A stretch of 64,000 nucleotides of DNA from a virus. Taxonomy: Duplodnaviria > Heunggongvirae > Uroviricota > Caudoviricetes. A model generated the notes under the pieces. It searched no databases and was not told the origin of the DNA. It worked only from the letters and a program-made list of their open reading frames with translations. This document shows, piece by piece, positions 37,701 to 50,098 of this stretch. A program made the translations under genes and the position numbers. Positions within the stretch are counted from its first letter, which is position 1; each line of letters begins with the position of its first letter. Location: the IMG/VR virus record IMGVR_UViG_3300025644_000002; one strand, given 5' to 3'.

Positions 37701-38702
37701 AGTTGGAGGGTCTACATCAAATTGTACATCTATGTTAATGCCTGTCTGTAATTGCCACATCAAATAATGTGAAGAAGTGGAGGGATTAAATAGCATAAAC
37801 ATAGCATTATTATCACCTAATCCGGAAATAAGTGTAGGATTCTCTGCTATATATTCTGCACCTGTACCATTGTAATTGACCCCATACATAACTCAATAAA
37901 AGTCGTCTTGTGCTAACGAGTAAGAAAAACTGTAAGGTCCTAGGGCTCCTGATAATCCGGGGGGCCCCCCTTCTCCGTCCGGGCCTTGTGGCCCGGTATA
38001 TCCATCTGGACCAGAAACTCCAGTAATTCCCGTATCTCCTAAAGTTCCCTGAGCACCTTGGTCCCCATCTGGACCAACAGCTCCTGTAAATCCTGAAGGA
38101 CCTACGGCCCCTTGCGAGCCTACAACCCCGTCTGGCCCAGAAAGTCCGGTAAAACCTGAAGCACCTACAGTACCTTGAGCGCCTACATTACCATCTAGTC
38201 CTGAAAGTCCGGTAAAACCTGAAACTCCTACGGTACCTTGAGCACCTTCATTGCCGTCAGGCCCGTCAGGCCCTGTAATACCGCTTACTCCCGGATCCCC
38301 TTGAGACCCAGTATTTCCGTCTGGACCGGTAAGCCCTGTAATACCCCCTACTCCGGCCTCTCCTTGAGCGCCCTCATTACCGTCTGGACCAGTAAGCCCT
38401 GGAACCCCACTTATTCCTGGATCTCCTTGAGACCCAGTATTTCCATCTGGCCCCGATGCTCCAGAAAGACCACTTAATCCGGGGTCTCCTTGGTTTCCTT
38501 GGTTACCTTCTTGGCCAGAAATACCTGAAGGCCCTGTAAATCCTTGAATCCCCTGAGAACCTTGAACACCTACAGGACCGATAGGGCCTTGAGGTCCTTG
38601 AGCCCCCTGAGGGCCTTGGATTCCTTGGACTCCAGCGTTACCTTCAGTAGGTAAAATTGTCTTGGCTCAATAACCGTTACTATTTAATTTTGGGACTGGC
38701 AT
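34797..38702 (-). CDS. Collagen-like tail fibre with C-terminal beta-propeller-like domain, 1301 aa (about 15 TGA)
   Basis: Two Gly-X-Y tracts; four DGxx(I/V)W repeats, each with TGA at the Trp. Confidence 0.8.
36610..37520 (-). repeat. Collagen Gly-X-Y tract 2 (Ser-rich)
   Basis: GPSGISG/GVQG units; near-exact tandem DNA duplication around 37290-37440. Confidence 0.9.
37960..38640 (-). repeat. Collagen Gly-X-Y tract 1
   Basis: GLTGPDG/GAQG units. Confidence 0.9.
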
Positions 38703-38711
38703 TTTTTTTAA

Positions 38712-39509
38712 TTATACAGTTACAGAATTCGTAAAAAATCCTAAACTGGTTAAATACCCACCAACTGATGATGAGTCTGTAGTTAATGTTATTTTAACAG
38801 CACCGCTGTTTCCTAAAGTTATGCCTGAAATAGTTATGCCACTAGTAGTAATTCCACTAGTAGTAACCTCTACGTCTCGAAGATCATAAAAACCGGCTGG
38901 CCAATATTCCCCAGAACCTATAGGAGTTGTATTAGTAGTGTCTAATCATGTAAATCAGTGTGCGTCAACAATCCCTGACAAAGTAGTTTCTATTTTTAAA
39001 TTAGAACTTCCTTGTAAAGTATAATCAGCAATTAAAGTAGCTTTATCTGATTTATCCGGTAACTCTAAATCTATTGAATTAGTTTGATAAACGTAAGCAG
39101 TTAAAGGGCTTGGCGAGGCTGGAGGTTGTATAATGTCGTCTCTTAGACTCATAGTATTTCCAGATTTAGCTAAATTTTCATTTACACAAGCCTCAATAAT
39201 AGCTCTACTAGTTCAAGAGATACTATTAAACATAGCAACTAAACGTTCTTGACGAATTTTAGGATCGAAGTTTTCACCTGTAGGTAAATCCTCTATAATA
39301 GATATATATTTAATATCATCACTATCATAATTTTTACCAAAAAATTGTAGTTGGTAATATCCGGTTGCAAGGCTGGTAAATGAAAATCTACCAAACTCGT
39401 CTGTGGTATCTACGTCAATTCTAATACTACCATCAGAATTATAGAGTGCTACTAACACTCCGTCCATAATTACATTATCACGTTTTAATATTTCACTATA
39501 AGTTGCCAC
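38712..39509 (-). CDS. Structural protein with N-terminal SdrD-B/prealbumin-like beta domain, 265 aa (3 TGA)
   Basis: TTDEFGRFSFTSLATGYYQLQF; joins 39213..39509 and 38955..39152 in frame. Confidence 0.65.
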
Positions 39510-39515
39510 TAGTTA

Positions 39516-42365
39516 TTAGGAAGCTCCAGATGCTGCTACTATAGGTCTAGCCCAAATAAGAATTGTTCCCGACATGCTACAAGCATTATTTACCGCTGTA
39601 GGGTCTCAGGCATCTATTACAATTTTTCGCGGACTAGTCACTGATGAAGTAATTTCTAAATTAGCAGAAGTATCTACTACTGCCCCTACGCCATTAATCT
39701 CTAAGGCTACATAATTAGAAGAGTTACCGTATTGGTAAGCTCTAATAACTCCTGGGGATCCGGCAGATATTCCAGTAATTGATTTAACGCTTATAGCTAT
39801 GTTAGTTATAATATAATCAATAGGTAAATTATCAATTTCCTCTATAAGCCTTCCAGTTAACGAAGTACCTGTATTCCAAGCATCCCCACTTAATACTCCA
39901 GTAGTATCAGATAAAGCTAATTTCTGAGCCATACCACTATCATTATATAAAGTATTATCAATAATTCTACCAGAAAGAGTACTCCCTCCTGAAATAGTTA
40001 CGTCAATAGCCATACCATTTAAAGCGTCACTTCCAAAAAATTCTCCACCAGTTTCTGTAAAGGTTGCAAATGAGTTTACATCAGGAGTACTTGTTAATAT
40101 TCCAGAAGCTGTCATTACATTAAATGGAATAGTTGCTAATAAAAGGTCTGTAGGAGGAACACCTCCGCCACCGGCAACAACTGAATTTACAGCTATTGCT
40201 CCAACTACTTGTTTATTTTGTAAAGGTCTAGCCGCTACTGATCAGGTATTAGGAGAGTTAGCTGTTACAGGTATAAACCTATCTTTTGTAATTATATGAG
40301 TAGTTTCTAAAGTATCATTAAAATCTACAGTAGCTAAATTAGTATAAGCTACTTCAAATTCTTGTGCGGTATTAGACGCGTCTCCAGCAACTTGCCAACC
40401 CGTAAGGTTGATATTAAAACCAAAATTAGTTGAAGTTAAGCTTACTGCACCCTCTGTACTAATATTAGGCAGGGTATGTCTATAAGGTATATTATAAGTA
40501 ATGGGAGTTTGTCCACCGGATACGTGATCTGGGTCATAAGAGCTTCCATACATTGTCTGTAATATACCATCATTATTTATATTAACTGCTTGAGCTAAAA
40601 TAGCATAAGTGTTTTCTAATTCTAATTTAGCACTATAACTTGGGTATCTAACTTGATAGCGATCTAAATCATAAATTATAGATCTAGAAGCTTTTTCCGC
40701 ACTTCCAGTTTCATTAATTTTTATACGATATCCAGTAGTCGTAGGACCATCTACAATGTCGCATAAGTGTGTAGCATTAAAAGAGTGAGCTGTAGAATCT
40801 AAAGTTACTGGATTGGCACTAGTATAAGTTCCATAAGCATTACCTTTTAATCCCGTAGTATTTATAGTAAATTGTTTATTTGTTGAATCATAATTAGTGA
40901 TTAAGAATTTATCGCCATTCCAAAATTGTAAATATTTTTTATTTACTAAGGTACTAGTTCTGAAGTCACCTTGAGTATCAAAGCCTTCTCCATTTGTATT
41001 TTCTAAAGCAGTTGGCAAGGTAACAAGCCCAGTATCATATGCAATTGCTTCAGGCAAAATAGCGTCCCAATTTCATTTTAACCATAAGTAAGCCATTTTT
41101 TCATTAGGATCATTAGTAAGGGTAACATCATATATTCTAAAGTTATTGATATTATTAGGAGTTCCCGCATCTGTTTTTACGTCTACTCCTCCTACCTGCA
41201 TTGAAGCTGCTGAAATTATTCCAGAGGACGCAATGTTACCGGCCGAAGCAATTGACCCAGGAGTAAAGGCTCCAGTAAGTAACATATCGCCGGTAATATG
41301 TAAGGTATGAGTATCTGTATCAGAACCTATTGAAATATTTTTAGTGGCATTATGTATTACTAAAACAGGGTTACCATCTTTGTCTTTAAAAGAAATATCT
41401 CTATTATAGGTTGCGGGGGAAATACTTAATTTTCCAATAGAACTGCTATGGTCGGTTACTACAAAATCAAATATAGAACTTAATGACGCAGTAGTATGTA
41501 TAGCTCCAAGTCTAAATGATCGAGAGGAAGCTAAACCACTAATGGTTACGTTTCCAGAGAAATAACCAGTACCAAAAACTGATAATCCAGAAGTTAAAAC
41601 ATTACCGGCTACTTCTAGGGAACCTGTCATTTTTCTAGCACCAGTATTATCTCTATCCTTTAGCACTAATTTTGTTTCATCGTATAAATTAGAATTAAGG
41701 CGTAATAAATAAGAGGCTCTTAGGTCCACTTCTCCAGTAGCCGTTGGTGTATAAGTCGTTGTTCCGTCAGTATATGATCAGCTTGCACCGCTCTGTAATC
41801 ATAGATTTCCGTCATTTCCCAAAATAATCTTAACTATTGCTAAAGGTAGTCTACCCGCGGAAGCTGTAATAGACGTAGAGCCGTAAGTAAGTTCAGTAAA
41901 CGTAATTGTAACGTTATCCGAAAATTTAGTATTTTTTTGAGAGTATGGAGCGCTAGAAGTGGTGTCATATACAAAAGAGGATTGCGCAGCTATAGGCTCG
42001 CTACCTAACTCATTATAAACAAGTTCAACTAAATAATAAGTATCCGCTGTTAAAGAACCTACAGAGCTACTTAAACTTGCAGATAAAATATCTGTAGTTT
42101 TATAATATTCTCCATTACTAAAATAAATAGTTCCTGGTAAAATTTGTATTTTTGTTCTAAAATTAGTAGAGGCGTTTACAGATACAGCAAATCCAGTACT
42201 ATTAGTAGATAAAGATCCTTGATCTAAATCTAAAGCTTGCCCATAACTATCTCCAAATAGTAAATTTACTCTATTTGATAAGTTATCAAACATGTAAGAT
42301 TGTACATTATCAAATACAGTTTCTAGCGATTGTCTAGTCCCCGATGGAACTTTCATTTTAATCAT
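39516..42365 (-). CDS. Large tail/fibre structural protein, 949 aa (several TGA)
   Basis: Four track ORFs share one frame, separated only by TGA (e.g. YLWLK-W-NWD); ends in TAA TAA. Confidence 0.7.
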
Positions 42366-42376
42366 TATTTACTCCT

Positions 42377-43939
42377 TTATACCTTTTCTATTTTAACTGT
42401 TGCGCCATAAAAATTTTTACTTCCACCCATAGCATTTCTAACTATCATAGTTACATAATCAAACCCTGCCCCTAATTTTTCATCGGAAGGGTTTGTTAAG
42501 TCAATAATGTTTTCAGCCGCTCCAGTTAGTATGGCGGGTGTATAGGCTAATAAAGTAGTAGCAGCATAAGTCTTAACGCTAGATTGAAATACTGCTCAAG
42601 TGAGATCAGCGCTACTTCCTCAAGCACAGGCCCCGGTGGCTCTATAACCTACCGGTATAGGTATTACTGCTTTAATGTAAGTATCACCCATAAGCCAATA
42701 ATCATTATTTGAGGTTGTGATAATATAAGTATCATCATTTGGATCTCTACTATTGATGAAGTCTCCAGGCGCTAAAATTATTCTGGTAGTATCCCCATGT
42801 CAACCTGTTTGAGCAGCCGCCGATATTTGATCCCCTGTTCAGATATAATCCGCAGTGGCAATGCCTGACGTAGCCGTAATTGGCAACTCAGCAGTCGTAA
42901 GCGTATTTACTTGTAGCCCGCTAGTTGTAGTTATTAATGTAGAATTGGCAACTTTAACATTTATTACGCTTGAAGAGTATTGCATGGAATTTCCAACAAT
43001 ACTAGGGTTTAGCTTAGCTCCTGTTACAGAATAAGTCCCTAGCTTAGAATTAGTAACTGAGCCGGCAGCAAGTTTTGCTTCCGTTACTTTTAAATCTTGA
43101 ATTTGAGCAGTATCAATAAGGTTAGAAGCTAGCGTAGCAGAAGCAGATAAAGTACCTATAAAAGTACCGCCTAAGTTACCAGAACAAGTTATGTTCCCAG
43201 CTATATCCATAGCAGCTGCCGTTAAAGACATTATAGAAGTACCTGCTACAGAACGAGTTAGGGTTGTACCGTTTCAGGTTAATATAGAACTAGAAGCTCC
43301 TACCAATTTAGTTTCTGTTATAGAATAACTAGTAGATACCTCCATTTTTGTTGTAATATTATTTTCAGCCGCTGTAGGTTTAATATGTAAATTTGCTGAT
43401 AAAGCCGAAGTATGATAGCCTATCCCTAGTTTATCTCTAAATAACCCAGTACCTGCATAATCATATTCAAATCCTGAAGTTAATGTGGCATTACCAACTA
43501 CCATAGATACTGTATCAGTAAGCACTGCTGTCGGATGCATGGTTAATTTAAGAACGTTTGAGGCTACCTGAGCTTTAACTCCGTTGCCACCACTTATCAT
43601 TAAATTATACATTTCTGTTTCATTAACATCAACATTATTAATGATACCATCAGCTACACCCGCTCGGGTATAGGCAGTTAATTTAAATAAATTATCTCCA
43701 ATATCCTTTCTACTAATATCAAAAATATTACCTTTGGAACCGTCTCGATTGTCAGAGGTTATAGTTTTATTAGTTAATTCCTGCTCGTTAGCAGCTCCTA
43801 TTGCTGTGCCAACAACTCCAGTTAATTTAAGGGTATTAGCGTTTACTGCAGTTTCTACAGTGCCGAAATTGGTACTTAACAGCGAAAGAACCGTGTTTGG
43901 GGTCATGCTTGTATTTAAGCCTGAAAGTGTTATAGCCAT
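42377..43939 (-). CDS. Tail fibre-like structural protein, 520 aa (5 TGA)
   Basis: Joins 43274..43939 and 42839..43231; VTEAKLAAGSVTNSKL repeats; G-W-HGDTTRII. Confidence 0.7.
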
Positions 43940-43951
43940 GTTATTTCTCCA

Positions 43952-44839
43952 TTAAGGTAGTTCGCTAAAGGGTAATCGGCAATCGCCCATTGCAAAAGAT
44001 GTGTATGTTCAGTTATCAAAATGTTGTAAGCCTGAAACCTTTACTTGTATAGTGTTTCTACTTGCGTTATAAGTATCATCAACTGTTATTCTAAAATCGT
44101 ATAAAGTACTAACTGGCGGAATTGATAAAGCCGCTGTCATATTTATAGAGTTTCCACTTGTTATTGGACTACTTAGCCCAGATAACGTTAGGATAGTTGC
44201 TAAAGGAGCAGTTTGTGCCCACGTATATGTTAATATATCATTTTCTATGTCAGAAATCAAGCCTGAAAGTGAAACAATTTCAGCAGAAATAGGATGATGC
44301 CATGAGGTAGTGTCGCCTAAAGCAGTTACCGCAGCCGCTTTATTATATCTTTTCACTCTTACTCCTGCTGGCAATCTTTCTGATAAAAATGAGTCTATTA
44401 AGGTAGGATCGCTATTAACATAGCTCAGCCTATTAGATTGATTTATTCCTAATAGATAGTATCATTCATATTCATTTAAAGTAGTACCCTCAACTGTAGA
44501 TACGTAAATAGTAACTCCCTCATTTACATGCTCACTACATTGACAATATATGGTATCTGGAGTGGCAGCATTAGGAGTATAACTAATTTTAGATTTATAT
44601 ACCCTCTCTGAATCTGGATCAATAGCGTGAGTAGCTCCCGCATAAGGTTTATCTAAATAATAATGTACGTCGCCACTTCATACAGAACCGTCATAAAATT
44701 CTCATTCTATCGTAACTCCGTTAGTAATTATTCCAGTTAAAGTTCCACCTGTAGAGTCTGTACTTAATATAAAATCGTGCTCTCTATCTGATAGATTAAA
44801 TACATATTCTACTCCACGAACTAATAATATTCTACTCAT
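43952..44839 (-). CDS. Structural protein with PKD/Ig-like C-terminus, 295 aa (4 TGA)
   Basis: TPDTIYCQCSEH motif, DIENDILTYTWAQ; TAATG overlap with upstream gene. Confidence 0.65.
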
Positions 44840-46503
44840 TACCCAACTACTCCAGTTACATTTTCAGGAAGAACTCCTGTAGAATAAACATTTTTAAAAT
44901 TAAAGATAGATCCAATTCCATTTGTACTTGTTGTTCTAACATCAAATTCAGTTATTTGACCTTCTTTTGTTAAAATTCCAGAAACAACGGTAGGGCTTTG
45001 TATATAATCATGTAAAGCGATACCCGAACATAAAATATCAAATTTAGATAATGAATCTCCAATGCCTACCTTTAATACTAAGTTTTCAGTAATTTCGTAA
45101 GTCCTTTCATCAGTAACAACATAGTTATAACCCCCACTATTCGTAACATTAGTTACTATACAAGCTTCATAGGTAAATGGTAGGCCTGATAGAAGTTCAA
45201 AAGCCTGTGTTAAGTTAGTTACTGTAGGTTGTTTTTTTAAGTATGCAGCGTAAGCAAATGCCCAATTTTTTAAATGAACTGCATAGTCTCTTCGTTGTTC
45301 AAAGTAAGTTAAGCCGCCACTGTAGTATCCGCTTGTAAAAGGTTGGTAGTATCCAGAAACAATTAGAGATTCTGGATCAGTAGATAGGCCAAAAGCTGGA
45401 AAATAAATTGAAGTTAAAGATGGTAATAAAAGTAAGCCGCTGACAGAAAAGAATTCATCTCCTCAAACAGTTGGCGTTTTATTATCATCCATAACTAATT
45501 CATTAGTTAGAGAATTCACTATCGAAATAGAATTTCCTCCAGTATAATAAATAGTATCAGGAGTAGCAGTTACTGGTGTAAATTCAATTGTACCATCAGT
45601 TGTACCAGTCACTAATTCTCCAGAAGCTCCGGAAATGGTAAAAGTTGAAGTAGTATCGTCAACTACAAAAGCATAGCGTAACCCTCTAACTAAAGTCAAG
45701 GGTTTATTTTTACCAGAATTAAGAAGTCAAGATAGATTTGTTTGTTGCTCAATATTAAATGTTTGTGTATGGAACGGTTTTAAAAACTTAATTTTATGTA
45801 ATTTATCAATTTCATAATCGCTCCCCTCTACAAGAGTTTGGCCAGAACCTATACCACTAATAGTGGGAATAGTTAAGAAAATTTTGTTCTCCGGTAATGC
45901 ATACCAATATGTATTTTTTGCAGTATTTGAACTCCTACTTATTTTAGATCCAGGAGTAGTTCCAACATCAGAGTAGCTTAGTCCTGACACAGTAGCAAGT
46001 AATCCAAAAGTGCTTCCAATAACCCTACCATAAACATTATAGAAATCAGCTCCAGTAACAGCGCTTCAACTAACAGTATTTGGATTAGTTACCAAATTGC
46101 TCCCACCACTAATAGCTAAAGCCGGAGATGCCCCTAAAGTTTCTCCTACACCATTTAAAGAGCTCACTACATAAGCATAAGTATTCCCACTTATTACGGG
46201 AGCTTGAGGGGAAGCAGAAATTCCTGTAGGAGCGGATAAGTAACCATACTCTGTATTTGCGCCCAAACCGTCTAAAGTTATTTGGTAAGTTTGATAAGAC
46301 TCCTCCAGGTATCCTAAAGTATACTCTAAATATTTTGTTAACTCAGTTTGATATAAATTATAAAATACACCTTCCATCCCATTAACAAGTGCTTCCCAAT
46401 AATTTTCTATTATAGTTTTGGAAGATGCGTCTACCAAATTATAAAAAGTTCCTAAGTTATTTCATATTTGAGAAGCTTCTATATTAGATTCTGGATTGAA
46501 CAT
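44839..46503 (-). CDS. Baseplate-associated structural protein, 554 aa (4 TGA)
   Basis: Joined frame; FN3-like TVS-W-SAVTGADFYNVY with TGA at the Trp. Confidence 0.7.
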
Positions 46504-49500
46504 TATATTTGAGAAACTCCAGATAGATAGGTTAAATTCGTATAAAATCTACCGACATTTAAAGAAGAAATTGTAAAGGTTTGTTCAACTCTCGTAGTAA
46601 CTTTAGCCATTAAAGGATCATACTCCTGAGCATCTATTGTCATATTTAAATTAACAAATGTTGCCCCATTAGTATATAATACATTTACTAGGTCTGACTT
46701 ATCAAAAGTGGTAGAAGTAAGTTCATTAAAATAATCTCTTATTTTTAATTTCATTTCTGTTTCAGCTAATCCACCTGAATACTCTAATTTAGTAATATCA
46801 ATTATGGTTGGCGGCATTACTTTAATAGATTGATCTGCTACGGGGTAAACTCTATCAGCGCTTGTAAAATAAGCATCTACCGTATCCCCTTTTGCCCAAT
46901 ATCTATAAACTACTTCAAGAATAGTTCCTGCCATTCCTTCTAAACTAAAATTAATAGTGTAACTACTATTCTTAGAGTAAGTTGTACCAGTATTATTATT
47001 TACTATAGAGTAGCTGCTTGTGTCAAAGGCAACTTGTGAAATAAATTCTCTTACTTCTATAATTTCTTGAATATAATTATGGGTGCCAGTTAAGGATTGT
47101 AAATGTAAGGAGTTTTCCGACATAGTGGCTACAACAGAACCTTCTACAATATTTGAAGGATCGTGAACATAGATATCCATAGCATTTCCTCGATGAAAAG
47201 CCTCAGCTACTATATTATTAGCCTCAACATAATAACTTCTTAGGGTGTGTTCGGTGTCGTTTGGAAAACTAGTTCCAGTATTTACTGCAGCAGCTGCTAT
47301 ATTAGTATATCCATCACTATCTAAATAGTTAGATAAAGGATTTAAAGTTTTAGTAAGTTTGCCTAAAGTTTTACTAACTTCTACTTGGGCAGGGGTATAG
47401 GTATGGGTACCTAAAGTTTCTCAAACTGCGTCTACCACATTATAAACTCTTGCCTCAACTTTAGAATGTCCAGTATTACTATCTATACCGTATTGTACAG
47501 CGTCATAACCTGCACCATAATAATTTATTTCACACTGATTAGCTGAATTAAAATCAGCAGAAGGTAATTTAAATTTAAATAGATGCATTGGAAAAGTTTC
47601 TTCAAAAGATTTTACTATTAAAGTGTCTACATACCATTCATAATTCATAGTTTGGGCTACAGAAATTCCAAAATGTCCCCTAGTACTAACTATCGTACCT
47701 ATCCCAGTTTCTGTAGTTTGTAATTCTCCTGAGGTAGGTATATAAGGTGGGTAAGTAGTACCTCTATCAATAACTTTATGGGTGTCTACATTATATACAT
47801 CAGACTCGTCATCTCAGACCCAACCTTCAAATCCCAGTTTAGCGTAAACTTTAAGTTTAAAACCATACCTAATGTTAGGTTCTATCCACACTTTTGCAGC
47901 TTGTAAGAATTGGTTCATACCATTAGTTTGGTCTCAAAGTTGGTCACTACCAATCCACACTTCTTCCTGTAATATATCATTATCAACTAAGAATACATTA
48001 TATTTTCAATAAGTATTAGGGATTCCAGTACCGCCAGCTGAAACAGCTCAAGTGGATAATAAGCTAGTTTGGAATTCTTCTTCGAAACGAGCAGCATCTG
48101 TAGTATATTGGGTAGTTCCTCCTGGGTAAGTATAGGAAGCATTAATTAAATTAGTATGTAATCTAATTAAAAACTCAGGTTGTTTTCTCCAAGCTAACCC
48201 ATAACCATCTTGTGGTTTAAATATTTTAGAATTTCTTAATACAGTAATATAAGCCATTTCCCCATTTTCAGTTGCATCAGTAGTTTCCATGGTACAGCTT
48301 ATTTCTATACCGGTATGCTGGTCAATTTCTTTACTAAAGATAGGGGATACGCTATTAAAATTAATTGCGTCTACTAATGTTGTATAGTTTTCTGCCGCGA
48401 TGTTAAAATCAGTTAAAGTTAGAGCATTAGAGAATTGTGTATAAATAGATTGTAATTCGGATAAAGCTAAGGCTACGTCGCTATTATTGGTTAAATCCGT
48501 ATTATCTAAAGTTTTACCCAAGCGTAGGCGTTGGTTGGCTATATCAATTCCAAATTCGTCTAAGTAATAAGGATCTTGGCTAGGACTAATGCCATCATGA
48601 AATTCTCATAAACCCGAAGCGGCTAACATATTTAGAGAGGGTTGTTGATTTATAGGATCTGCATCACCAAATAATTCGTTGACTAGTACATAAGTAGAGC
48701 CTTCAGCATAAAGAGCGTCAGTAAGTTTATAAATTCCTGTATAAAAATCATTAGAAAATTCTCTTGATCAGGATGCTGGAGTAGGAAAGTCAATAGCTTC
48801 GGTTTCGTTTATATCTTGAAATGCCCCAGTGTAAGCCACATGAGGTTTATCATAACCTGAGTGCATTCCTGAGTGAACTAAAAAATAGTCTTCTGAAGAA
48901 AAACTCGTAACATTAGCAATACTAGTAGTTAAATCCCGAATCATTCTAAAATGCCCAGCGCCTACAACCTCTACAGCTATTGCAGTAGTTACTAAATTTT
49001 TAATTTGAGTTTCAATAGCAGCCGAAGAAGCTAAAGATAAATTAGCTATTTCATTTTTAATACGTGCATAAAAAGCTGTATTTGTTTCTTTATCAGTACC
49101 GCCAATAAAGACTGCTGTATTTACAATTTTAATTGGAGTGATAGCTGAAGATGCTAAAGTAAAAGTTGTATTAGGCTCTTCTTGATATTCTGAACCAGCT
49201 ATTTTAGCAATAACCGGAATAAGCCCACTGTCATAGTTTGGGTAGTCTCCAGTATTTAATTCCATTTGAAGTTTAGTAACACTAAAATCAGATACAACTT
49301 CAAACTGTCTACCAGAAGCGCTAGTCAAAACGGTCCCCTGGCCTAAATTTATAGACCTAGGTGCAGAAAAATACATTTTTACATAACCAGTAGCTTTACT
49401 CCCAGTAATTCTTTCTAATAAAAAATTAGCGGCTGTAGCGTCTAATTGGGATTCTTCTAAAATACTTAAATCAGTTACATTATAAGTATTAAGAACCGCA

Positions 49501-49643
49501 TTATGTTCCGCCTCATATTGCTCTATAATAGGAACTAGCGGATTTATAAAGAAATCTCTAAATACACTTCCAGGTCGCGTGTCTATAGTAGGATCTAAGA
49601 TTCTTACTTTTTCTATAATATAATTTTTAATGTCAATAGCCAT
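46503..49643 (-). CDS. Baseplate J-like protein, 1046 aa (multiple TGA)
   Basis: IDTRPGSVFRD, ATGYVKMYF, GGTDKETN..FYARI; four track ORFs in one frame linked by TGA. Confidence 0.8.
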
Positions 49644-49656
49644 AATTTTTTTTATC

Positions 49657-50097
49657 CTAAGGTATGCTTAATGAAAATGAAGAATTATTTAATGTAAATA
49701 CTCGTAGGGAGACTAACCATCCGCCAAAAGTGTCGTCATATGCGACCGACTCCATTATGATGTTTTCTAAGTATTCTCCGTCAGGTATTGTGATTCCTTC
49801 TAAAATTTCAGATTCTTGTTCGTCTCTTAATTGTTCTACCATTGTTTCCAAATATATAGGAAAAATATTTTCAATTTCTTTTATTCTAGTAGTAGACGTA
49901 ACTTGGAATAAATTAGCAAAAGAACTTCCGATAGTTGAATCATAAACATTAGAGCCTTTAGCTGTTAAAATTTTCTTAACAATTCTTTGTATTAAGTTGT
50001 CTCTACCGATTACTGGATTTAATACAGAACTAATGGTAAATGAGACAGAGCTGCTAGTTTCTGAAAAATTTACTAATTTTATATCTCTTAAACTCAC
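49657..50097 (-). CDS. gp25-like baseplate wedge protein
   Basis: GRDNLIQRIVKKILTAKGSNVYDSTIGS; adjacent to baseplate J. Confidence 0.7.
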   Translation of the reverse strand: MSLRDIKLVNFSETSSSVSFTISSVLNPVIGRDNLIQRIVKKILTAKGSNVYDSTIGSSFANLFQVTSTTRIKEIENIFPIYLETMVEQLRDEQESEILEGITIPDGEYLENIIMESVAYDDTFGGWLVSLRVFTLNNSSFSLSIP

Positions 50098-50098
50098 C

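Noticed and set aside
35105-38477. Alternative-frame ORFs over the collagen gene (35105..35317, 36665..37009, 37223..37528, 38238..38477)
   Set aside because: Shadow frames created by the periodic Gly-X-Y codons
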